A DNA stretch of 64,000 nt from Minisyncoccota bacterium (GTDB lineage: Bacteria > Patescibacteriota > Minisyncoccia > Minisyncoccales > JAQTPW01), in contig JAQTPW010000002.1 in the NCBI GenBank assembly GCA_028712565.1, forward strand, positions 99,601 to 163,600, in the 5' to 3' direction. The notes under the pieces were generated by a model. That model saw nothing but the letters and a program-made list of their open reading frames with translations, was not told the origin of the DNA and did no database searches. Positions 23,041-30,255 of this stretch are shown here, one piece after another. A program made the translations under genes and the position numbers. The first letter of the stretch is position 1; each line of letters starts with the position of its first letter.

Positions 23041-25201
23041 GTGTCTTGTATTCCTTTATTTTTTCCCTTAACAATGGATAGTTTTTTAATTCGGGGTCTT
23101 CTTCCAATAATTCTTTTGCGTCGTTTCTGGCTTTGGAAACCAAAATAGTGTCTGTTAAAGAAGCCATTGCCAGGTCTGGTATTCCCCATTGCCGCTGTCC
23201 CGTAAAATCTCCCGGGCCTCTGATTTGTAAATCTTTTTCCGCTAACTCAAAGCCGTTGTCGCAGGTAATCAATGCCTTTAATCTTCTGTTATAAATAAAG
23301 CCTTCGGTATCGGTGAACAAAAAGCAATACGATTGAAAATCAGATCTTCCCACCCTGCCTCGGAACTGGTGGAGCTGGGCCAAACCAAATTTTTCCGAAC
23401 CCTCAATCATCATAACCGTTGCATTTGGAATATCCACTCCCACTTCGACGACAGAAGTTGAAACCAAAACATCAATAATTTTTTCCTTGAATTCAGTCAT
23501 TACGTTCTCTTTTTCTTGCGTCTTCATCTTCCCGTGCAGCATGCCAACTTTTAAATCCGGAAAAATTTCTTCTGCCATTTTTTTATATTCCTGTTTTACA
23601 GCTTTTACATCCATCCAAGACAACGCCCTTTCGTCAAACAGCCCTCGTTCTAAATTTTCCGGAGAAGCTTTAGGAGGTTCTATTCTCGGACAGATCACAA
23701 ATGCCTGCCTGCCTTCTTTTACTTGCTGCCTTATAAATTCGTAAGTCGCTTTTTTATCTTTTGGCTGGATTATTTTTGTAATTATTTTTTTTCTGCCTTT
23801 CGGAAGTTCGTCAATGATTGATAAATCAAGATCCCCGTAAATAGTTAAAGAGAGCGTGCGGGGGATAGGGGTGGCGGTCATGCTCAAAAAGTGCGGTATC
23901 GTTTTTTGGGCAGTTTTTAATTTGTAGCTGTTAGTTATTAGTTTGGCTCTTTGTTCCACTCCAAAACGATGCTGTTCGTCGATAATTACAAAAGCCAAAT
24001 TATTAAACTGGACAGGGGTTTTTTTAGGGGTTTCGGGATCCGTATCTTGGATTATTGCGTGAGTGCCGATTAAAATATTGGTTTTGCCGTCTTTTACGTT
24101 TTCCAAAAGTTTTTTTCTTTCTATTTTTTGATTTTTATAATAGCTTTCTTTGCCGGTAATTAGCCCCACATTTATATCAAATTTTTCCAAAAGATTATTT
24201 ATGGTTTTGAAATGCTGTTTTGCTAAAATTTCAGTTGGAGCAAGGAGCGCAACTTGATATCCTGATTTCGTCGCATTTAAAGCCGCCATCGCCGCCACAA
24301 CTGTTTTTCCAGAGCCGACATCTCCTTCCAAAAGCCGGTTCATTGGCCTTGGCCTTTCCAAATCTTTTAAAATCTGCCAAGCGGATTTTTTCTGGGCATC
24401 GGTTAATTTATAAGGCAAACTTTCGGTAAATTCTTTCATAAGCCCTACATCCAAAGGTATGGCCGGGGCTGTTTCTTTTGCCAATTTCATTCTTTCTCTC
24501 AAAACAAAAAGGGCAAGCTGGAATAATTCTTCAAAAGAAAACCTTTTTTTGGCTTCCTCCGCATCTTTTAAGGAATCGGGAAAATGTATCTGCCAGATTG
24601 CTTTTTGAAATGGCAGAAAATTGTATTTTTGGGAAATTTTTGAAGGAAGAGAATCTTCAATTTTGTTTCCCAACTCTGTCAAAATCGGCTTTACAATAAA
24701 CCTTAGCCATTTTGAAGACAGTCCCTCGGTTTCAGGATATATAGGAATTAATCCGCCGGTATGATTCAATTCAAAATCCACTTCTTTGTAGTTTGAAGGA
24801 ATTCTTTCATAAGCCGGGCTGGAAAAATATTTTGAGCTTTTTTTGCCCTTTACTTTGCCGGCCAGACAGACAAAAGTTCCTTTTTTCAAAGTGTTTATCA
24901 AATAGGGCTGGTTAAACCAGAGAGCTTTTATTTTTCCAGTTTCGTCCTCGACAGTTGCCTGAGTCAGCATCATTTTCCTTCTGAAGGCCCGGAAAGTTTT
25001 AATATCTGTTATTTTCCCCTGGACAGAAAAGGGACCTCCTTCTTCAGCTTGAGAAATCAAAATTAAATTTGAAAAATCCTCATAGCGATGAGGAAAATGG
25101 AAAATTAGCTGGCCAACGGTTTTAATGTTCAGCTTTTTCAGCCTTCTTTGATAAGCCGGGCCAACATGAGGAATTTCTTCAACTGAAGTTGAAAGGTTCA
25201 T
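23024..25201 (-). CDS. recG: ATP-dependent DNA helicase RecG
   Basis: Wedge/OB N-terminus, helicase motifs GDVGSGKT, DEQHRFG and QLHQFRGRVGR. Start placed at the ATG at 25201 (MNLSTSVEEI) because the longer ORF reads across tRNA-Arg. Confidence 0.93.
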   Translation of the reverse strand: MNLSTSVEEIPHVGPAYQRRLKKLNIKTVGQLIFHFPHRYEDFSNLILISQAEEGGPFSVQGKITDIKTFRAFRRKMMLTQATVEDETGKIKALWFNQPYLINTLKKGTFVCLAGKVKGKKSSKYFSSPAYERIPSNYKEVDFELNHTGGLIPIYPETEGLSSKWLRFIVKPILTELGNKIEDSLPSKISQKYNFLPFQKAIWQIHFPDSLKDAEEAKKRFSFEELFQLALFVLRERMKLAKETAPAIPLDVGLMKEFTESLPYKLTDAQKKSAWQILKDLERPRPMNRLLEGDVGSGKTVVAAMAALNATKSGYQVALLAPTEILAKQHFKTINNLLEKFDINVGLITGKESYYKNQKIERKKLLENVKDGKTNILIGTHAIIQDTDPETPKKTPVQFNNLAFVIIDEQHRFGVEQRAKLITNSYKLKTAQKTIPHFLSMTATPIPRTLSLTIYGDLDLSIIDELPKGRKKIITKIIQPKDKKATYEFIRQQVKEGRQAFVICPRIEPPKASPENLERGLFDERALSWMDVKAVKQEYKKMAEEIFPDLKVGMLHGKMKTQEKENVMTEFKEKIIDVLVSTSVVEVGVDIPNATVMMIEGSEKFGLAQLHQFRGRVGRSDFQSYCFLFTDTEGFIYNRRLKALITCDNGFELAEKDLQIRGPGDFTGQRQWGIPDLAMASLTDTILVSKARNDAKELLEEDPELKNYPLLREKIKEYKTRIHLE

Positions 25202-25236
25202 AGGTTTACACTGAGCGAGTAAAGCGAGTCGAAGTG

Positions 25237-25309
25237 TGCCCCCAGTAGGATTCGAACCTACAGTCACAAGGTCCGCAACCTCGTATTTTATCCATTAAAC
25301 CATGGGGGC
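25237..25309 (-). tRNA. tRNA-Arg(GCG)
   Basis: GCCCCCA-UG-GUUU-AAUGGAUA-AAAU-A-CGAGG-UUGCGGA-CCUUG-UGACU-GUAGG-UUCGAAU-CCUAC-UGGGGGC-A. Confidence 0.88.
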
Positions 25310-25422
25310 AAGCTTATTCAAAATAACATAAAAAACCCCAAAAAACAACCGGCCATTGCCATATCTGTTATCATCTTTCAGCAATATTTACACTATGGTA
25401 TAATTTATACTAGAATAAAGAT

Positions 25423-25983
25423 ATGGGGAAAATTACAAAAATAAAAGTTGAATGTTATTCTAAAGAAATTTTAAAGTATCTTTTGCTAACGGGTGCGGTT
25501 TGTATTGCCGCGACCTCGCCTTATTTTTGCGTAAATTTAATGAAAGGCATTCTTAAGGCAAAGCCTCAAAAGAAAAAATCTGTTTATGCTTTTGATTATT
25601 TAAAAAAGAGAGGGATGATCCAATTAAAAAGAGAGGGGCCGGACGTAATAATTGCGCTGACTAAAGAAGGGAGAAAACGTGCCAGAAAGTATCAGATAGA
25701 TGATTTAAAAATTGAAAAACCGAAGAAATGGGACGGGTTGTGGCGATTAGTTATATTCGATATTCCCAGTTCTTCCCGGATAATTCGGGATATTTTCAGG
25801 AGAAAACTAAAGGAATTTGGATTTTACCAGCTTCAAAAAAGCATTTGGGCTTTTCCTTACCATTGCAATAAAGAAGTAAGTCTTTTGAGAGAATTTCTAG
25901 GAGCGGATAAAAGACAAATTCAGATTTTAGAGGTAAGTAAGCTTGAGAATGATAAAAATCTTAAAAAATATTTTAATCTCTAA
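25423..25983 (+). CDS. PaaX-like / Cas2-fold (VapD-like) domain protein with putative winged-helix segment
   Basis: WDGLWRLVIFDIPSSSRIIRDIFRRKLKEFGFYQLQKSIWAFPY resembles the Cas2-like C-terminal domain of PaaX-family regulators. Recognition from memory, no search run. Confidence 0.5.
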   Translation: MGKITKIKVECYSKEILKYLLLTGAVCIAATSPYFCVNLMKGILKAKPQKKKSVYAFDYLKKRGMIQLKREGPDVIIALTKEGRKRARKYQIDDLKIEKPKKWDGLWRLVIFDIPSSSRIIRDIFRRKLKEFGFYQLQKSIWAFPYHCNKEVSLLREFLGADKRQIQILEVSKLENDKNLKKYFNL

Positions 25984-26001
25984 TGTTTCCAACGTTTAAT
26001 A

Positions 26002-26037
26002 TTAGTAATATTTACACCATGGCGTAAACATTACTAA
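26002..26037. promoter_or_regulatory. 36-bp near-perfect palindrome centred on CCATGG (possible operator or hairpin)
   Basis: ttagtaatatttacaccatggcgtaaacattactaa. Its core (aatatttacacCatggCGtaa) recurs at 25383-25403 (aatatttacacTatggTAtaa), where it overlaps the extended -10 of the 25423 gene. Confidence 0.45.
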
Positions 26038-26191
26038 ATAAAAAGGGGTGATATGGCGGGCGATATGGAGGAGGGGTTTGCTGGTTGATTTCTGGTCTGG
26101 AAAAATTTTGAGAATTGGAAAATTTTGGAAAAACGGAGAATCTAAAAAGATTTGAAAAAATAATAAATTTAAGTTAATCTTTAAATATAAC

Positions 26192-26281
26192 GGAGAGGTG
26201 GCTGAGTGGCCGAAAGCGGCACGCTGCTAATGTGTTAGGGGAGAAATCCCCTCGTGGGTTCGAATCCCACCCTCTCCGCCA
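26192..26281 (+). tRNA. tRNA-Ser(GCU) with encoded CCA
   Basis: GGAGAGG-UG-GCU-GAGUGGCCGAA-AGC-G-GCACG-CUGCUAA-UGUGU-UAGGGGAGAAAUCCCCUC-GUGGG-UUCGAAU-CCCAC-CCUCUCC-G-CCA. Confidence 0.9.
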
Positions 26282-26309
26282 GTTAGTAAAATTATAATCA
26301 TTTAATTTT

Positions 26310-26624
26310 ATGACTATAAATTTTTATTTTAAAAAAGCCGATAAGGGTTGCGAAGAACAAATTAGAAATCATTTTACAAAAGAAAAACAAGGCAGGATAA
26401 CTCGTTTTTTACAACACGGAAATTTAGACCTTGCTGATTTGAAAATAAACGTAGAATATCTTTCGCATCACAATAATTTTTCAGTTGAATTTATTTTGAT
26501 TATTAAAAAGCATAAATTGGTTGCAGAGAAAACAGCTTTTAAATTATTGGAAGCGTTTGACACGGCTTTGGATAATTTGGTTTTTCAATTAAGAAAATCA
26601 GAAGAGATATTGCACGATAAATAA
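26310..26624 (+). CDS. hpf: Ribosome hibernation factor (HPF/RaiA/YfiA family, short form)
   Basis: 104 aa. The beta-alpha-beta-beta-beta-alpha pattern and the ...LVAEKTAFKLLEAFDTALDNLVFQLRK tail are typical of the family. Confidence 0.6.
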   Translation: MTINFYFKKADKGCEEQIRNHFTKEKQGRITRFLQHGNLDLADLKINVEYLSHHNNFSVEFILIIKKHKLVAEKTAFKLLEAFDTALDNLVFQLRKSEEILHDK

Positions 26625-26628
26625 AAAT

Positions 26629-26870
26629 GGAGAGGTGGCTGAGCGGTTGAAAGCAGCAGTCTTGCCACGTACGAAAGCGGAGGGTTGGCTGAGAGGACTA
26701 TAGCGCTGGTCTTGAAAACCAGTTGGGGAGAAATCCCCTCGGAGGTTCGAATCCTCCACCCTCCGCTTTCTGACGTGGTCTGCGGAAAAACATTGGAATC
26801 GAAGTGAGCCTGCCCCGTATAATCCGAGCGGAGCGAAGATTTGTACGGGGTTCGAATCTCACCCTCTCCG
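26629..26870 (+). other. Split tRNA-Ser-like gene (5' half 26629-26664; 3' half ~26779-26870) interrupted by tRNA-Ser(UGA) and by a 42-nt hairpin inside the T arm
   Basis: The 5' part GGAGAGGUGGCUGAGCGGUUGAAAGCAGCA matches tRNA-Ser(GCU) at 26 of 30 positions. The 3' part is GUGAG[42-nt insert]UUCGAAU-CUCAC-CCUCUCC-G. The acceptor strands are perfectly complementary. See findings. Confidence 0.5.
26679..26765 (+). tRNA. tRNA-Ser(UGA)
   Basis: GGAGGGU-UG-GCU-GAGAGGACUAU-AGC-G-CUGGU-CUUGAAA-ACCAG-UUGGGGAGAAAUCCCCUC-GGAGG-UUCGAAU-CCUCC-ACCCUCC-G. Confidence 0.9.
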
Positions 26871-26997
26871 CCTTCGCTCCGCCGAAGCCCTAAAGGGCGG
26901 AGGCGGGCTTCGCCAGAGCTTCGGCGTGACAAGTCCGCAACGTAATAAATTTTCTGAGAAAATTTAAACGTTGCTGAAAAATTTTTATATTAAATTT

Positions 26998-27171
26998 ATG
27001 GAACATAAAGAGGCGATTAAAGTTTTAATGAAATTACTAGACAAAAAGGTGCTTGATAAAAAAGAAAAGGAAGCAGTTTTGACTTCTATAGGAATTTTGG
27101 ACTGGACCTCAAGGACTAAAAATAGAATAAAATTAATAAAAGACAAAAAAGAAAGGGATTTGAAATGGTAA
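26998..27171 (+). CDS. Small hypothetical protein (57 aa, K/E-rich)
   Basis: ORF track 26971..27171; ATG at 26998 (MEHKEAIKVL). No recognisable family. Confidence 0.35.
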   Translation: MEHKEAIKVLMKLLDKKVLDKKEKEAVLTSIGILDWTSRTKNRIKLIKDKKERDLKW

Positions 27172-27186
27172 ATTTTTAGCCAAAGC

Positions 27187-27213
27187 AAAAAATCGACCCG
27201 CGGGTCGATTTTT
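27187..27213. terminator. Bidirectional rho-independent terminator
   Basis: AAAAAAUCGACCCGCGGGUCGAUUUUUUU lies between convergent genes. Confidence 0.75.
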
Positions 27214-27921
27214 TTATTCTTCCCTTGCCACCACAACTCCCCAAACTTCAAAAGCGCCTGAACCCTTTAAAGCTCCCGCGCATTCTTCCATGGTTGAGCC
27301 GGTTGTGTAAACGTCGTCGACTAAAAGAATTTTTTTATCTTTTATTTTTTCTGCATTTTCAACCGCAAAAACTCCTTTTATATTTTCCATTCTTTCCTCG
27401 GCTGAAAGCTCCATTTGCGGCCGGGTTTCTTTTATTTTAATTAGGCAATCAGCCAGTAGGGGAAGGTTTAAATTTTTGGCCAATTCTTTTGCGATTTCTT
27501 CAGACGGATTGAAGCCCCTTAATTTTTTTCTCTTTTTAGTAACCGGGACAGGGATTAAAACAGAGTTATCCCTATCAAAAGACTTCTGGATTGTTAATAA
27601 ATGGGTTATAATTAAAGAAGATAAAGAAACAGACAATTCTTTGACATAAGGGTCGTATTTAAATTGGTGGATTAAATTTTTGACTAAATTATTTTTGTAA
27701 GAAATTGCAAAGTATAACCCGTTAAGTTTCTTTGCCTGGCATCTGTAGCATTTTCCGGCTTGGGGCAATCTTTGAGGGTTTTTGCAGAGGCAAAAAGAGG
27801 AATTTAGAATATCCAAAGTTGACATGCAGTCCTGGCAAAGAAAGCTCCCCTCTTTTTTGCAGCGAAAACAGAATTTCGGGAAAAGAAGGTCTAGAAAAAA
27901 GTTTTCAACATTAGTCCGCAT
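27214..27921 (-). CDS. comFC: ComF-family protein (ComFC-like phosphoribosyltransferase with N-terminal Cys-rich region)
   Basis: N-terminal CxxC...CxxC pairs and the PRT motif ILLVDDVYTTGSTMEE. Confidence 0.85.
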   Translation of the reverse strand: MRTNVENFFLDLLFPKFCFRCKKEGSFLCQDCMSTLDILNSSFCLCKNPQRLPQAGKCYRCQAKKLNGLYFAISYKNNLVKNLIHQFKYDPYVKELSVSLSSLIITHLLTIQKSFDRDNSVLIPVPVTKKRKKLRGFNPSEEIAKELAKNLNLPLLADCLIKIKETRPQMELSAEERMENIKGVFAVENAEKIKDKKILLVDDVYTTGSTMEECAGALKGSGAFEVWGVVVAREE

Positions 27922-27970
27922 CTTGTTTTTATTATATAATATTAAAAAGGGAAAATAGTAAATAAGAAGA

Positions 27971-29032
27971 ATGATTTGGTTTCCATTTAAAGTATCTTAT
28001 AAAAATCTTTTGGGGATTGATATCGGGACTTCTTCAATAAAAATTGTTGAATTGTCCCGTCGAGGTGATAAAATAAAACTAGAGAATTACGGAGAAATGT
28101 CCGCTGATGCTTTTTACGAAAAGCCATTCAGAAGTTCAGACGGAAGCATGCTATTGCTTTCAAACAGCGAAATTGCAAAAGCAATTTTGGCAATTCTTGA
28201 AGAAGCAAAAATTTCAGAAAAGAAAGCTAATTTTTCCATACCGGATTTTTCAACTTTTTTTGTGGATTTTGAGCTTCCGCCAATGACAAAGAACGAGCTG
28301 CCGGAAGCTGTAAGATTTTCCGCAAAGCAGTACATCCCCATGCCTTTGTCCGAAGTGACTCTTGACTGGGCAATAATAGAGGGCGCTCCAAAAAATGGAG
28401 GCCTTAGTTCTTCGTCAAAAATTTTACTGGTTGCAATACCTAACACAATTATCAGGCAATATCAAGAAATCGCTTCTCTTGCCAATTTAAAGCTTCAATC
28501 AATTGAGGCAGAGGCCTTTGGGCTATTGCGGGCTCTTGTAAAAGAAGATAAAAAAACCATTTGCTTGGTTGATATCGGCGCCCAGAGCGTGACAGTCAAT
28601 ATTGTTGACAAAGGAATTTTAAAAAAGAGTCACAGCTTTGATATTTCCGGGAACGAAATAACCCAAGTAATTTCAAAATCGTTGAATGTTGATGTAAAAG
28701 AAGCAGAATATTTAAAAAGAGAAAAAGGGCTTTTATTGCCCGAACTTGCAAAAGTGCTGATTCCTTTAGTTGATTTCATAATAGCCGAAATTGAAAAAAC
28801 TTCCCACAATTTCCGCCAAACCGACGGCAAAGAAATAGAAAAAATAATTTTGGCAGGAGGGTCATCTTTATTGCCGGGATTAAAAAAATATTTTTTAGAA
28901 GCGCTTAAAACAGAAGTGGAAATTGGAGATCCGTTTTTGGGCATTTTATATCCAGAAGTTCTTTCAGAATCATTAGCAAAATTTAGCCCTTCCTACGCCA
29001 TCGCCGTGGGAATGGCTTTAAAAGGTTTATAA
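27971..29032 (+). CDS. pilM: Type IV pilus assembly ATPase-fold protein PilM
   Basis: LLGIDIGTSSIKIVEL actin-like N-terminus. First gene of the pilus cluster. Confidence 0.85.
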   Translation: MIWFPFKVSYKNLLGIDIGTSSIKIVELSRRGDKIKLENYGEMSADAFYEKPFRSSDGSMLLLSNSEIAKAILAILEEAKISEKKANFSIPDFSTFFVDFELPPMTKNELPEAVRFSAKQYIPMPLSEVTLDWAIIEGAPKNGGLSSSSKILLVAIPNTIIRQYQEIASLANLKLQSIEAEAFGLLRALVKEDKKTICLVDIGAQSVTVNIVDKGILKKSHSFDISGNEITQVISKSLNVDVKEAEYLKREKGLLLPELAKVLIPLVDFIIAEIEKTSHNFRQTDGKEIEKIILAGGSSLLPGLKKYFLEALKTEVEIGDPFLGILYPEVLSESLAKFSPSYAIAVGMALKGL

Positions 29033-29047
29033 TTAATTTTAAAAAAT

Positions 29048-29569
29048 ATGGCAATTCAAGTTCCAAAAACAGACGTAAAAATACCTTCGTGGATAAACAT
29101 ATTGTTATATGCCTCAATAATTTTACTGGCGGTCACATTATTGAGCTATGCGGCCTTTTCTTTTCTTATCATACAGGGCAACAAAAGCCTCAAGGTAGTT
29201 AACGATGGCCTGGTAAAAACGCAGGATGAAATGGCTTTGGAAAATGAAGTTTGGGGATATAAGGAAAAAATTGATAATTTTGCGATACTTCTTAAAAACC
29301 ATCTTTTAAATTCAAATTTATTCTCCTTATTTGAAAAAGTTTCCCATCCTAAAATCTGGATTTCAGAACTGGATTTAAAATCCAAAGAAGGCAAGATTGA
29401 ATTTTCCGGAGTTTCCGACGACTTTAAGTCGCTCGGCCAGCAATTGCTGATTCTGGAAAAAGAAGATTCATTTAGAGGAGTTAATTTAACTAATGTTTCT
29501 TTTGGAAAAAAAGAGGAAATCGAATTTACTTTCGGTTCCCTTTTAAATCCAAAATTATTTAAAAAATGA
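29048..29569 (+). CDS. pilN: PilN-like bitopic pilus assembly protein
   Basis: Single N-terminal TM helix. Called from its position after pilM (synteny only). Confidence 0.5.
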   Translation: MAIQVPKTDVKIPSWINILLYASIILLAVTLLSYAAFSFLIIQGNKSLKVVNDGLVKTQDEMALENEVWGYKEKIDNFAILLKNHLLNSNLFSLFEKVSHPKIWISELDLKSKEGKIEFSGVSDDFKSLGQQLLILEKEDSFRGVNLTNVSFGKKEEIEFTFGSLLNPKLFKK

Positions 29570-30252
29570 AAAAACCATTTATAATAATTATTTGTTTGGC
29601 AGCTGTTTTTGTCGCCTGGAAATGGCTGGCATCGCCAAAATACGTAGAATTTACTTTTGTTTCGCGCCAGTTGAAAGAAAAAGCAGCCGCTCTTAAAGAG
29701 AAAAAAGCTTATTTTGAAAAATTAGCTGGATTTTCTTACGATTTAAAAAAATATCCAGAGCAGTTAAAAAAAATAGATTCTGCTCTTCCTGAAGGAGAAT
29801 CTCTGCCGTCTGTTTTGGATTTTCTGCAGAAAAACGCCGCAGAAACGGGATTATATTTTACTGAAATAGGCAAGGTTTTAACCACGCTTCCCAAAGAAAA
29901 CCCGAGTTTAAAAGAATCCCGTTTTGACATTTCTTTATCCGGGCCTTACTCGGCTTTTAAAAATTTTCTGGCAAATGTGGAAAAATCCTCCCGGCTCATT
30001 GAAATTGAAGAAATCAAATATTCTTACCCGAAAGAAAAAGAATTGTCATCTTCCTTTAATTTAAAAATAAAATTCAGCTCAGCAAAACCAAGCTCCCAAG
30101 TAGCAGCAAACAAAACTGTTGCGCCGGAAATAAATTTTAAATTGTTAGAAGAAAGCGGCTCAGATCCGCTTTTCGGAAGCCTTCAGTTATTTGAAAAAAT
30201 ACAGCCATTTGAGGGAGAAGTCGGGAGAGATAATCCTTTCATACCTTTTTAA
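29566..30252 (+). CDS. pilO: PilO-like bitopic pilus assembly protein
   Basis: N-terminal TM helix plus coiled-coil segment. The 4-nt overlap with the preceding gene suggests translational coupling. Called by synteny. Confidence 0.5.
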   Translation: MKKPFIIIICLAAVFVAWKWLASPKYVEFTFVSRQLKEKAAALKEKKAYFEKLAGFSYDLKKYPEQLKKIDSALPEGESLPSVLDFLQKNAAETGLYFTEIGKVLTTLPKENPSLKESRFDISLSGPYSAFKNFLANVEKSSRLIEIEEIKYSYPKEKELSSSFNLKIKFSSAKPSSQVAANKTVAPEINFKLLEESGSDPLFGSLQLFEKIQPFEGEVGRDNPFIPF

Positions 30253-30255
30253 AAA

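Noticed and set aside
22959-23189. 76-aa ORF overlapping the recG 3' end and ending ...GIHLE*.
   Set aside because: Its C-terminus is simply the duplicated copy of the recG terminus (22954-22975) read in frame. The rest is an out-of-frame overlap with recG and has no support.
26048-26090. Mini-ORF ATGGCGGGCGATATGGAGGAGGGGTTTGCTGGTTGA (11 codons), preceded by AAAAGGGGTGAT, upstream of tRNA-Ser(GCU).
   Set aside because: It is too short to support, has no conservation information, and is not positioned as a leader peptide for an amino-acid operon.
26629-26870. Interpreting the split tRNA-Ser-like locus as a tmRNA, or as an archaeal-type bulge-helix-bulge intron.
   Set aside because: There is no G3:U70 alanine identity pair, no tag reading frame and no pseudoknots. 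The flanking helices give a 5-nt/1-nt asymmetric loop and a 2x2 loop rather than the 3-4-3 BHB geometry. Bacteria are not known to have the splicing endonuclease.
26585-26932. 115-aa minus-strand ORF spanning the tRNA-Ser cluster. Similarly, ORF 2282..2512 spans tRNA-Val(GAC), and the N-terminal extensions of the recG (to 25267), GNAT (to 506) and S1 (to 8683) ORFs run across tRNAs or AT-rich leaders.
   Set aside because: These are read-through of structured RNA genes or AT-rich leaders. The translated segments are just tRNA sequence in protein code (e.g. GWRIRTSEG, VGSNPTGG). Better internal starts exist.
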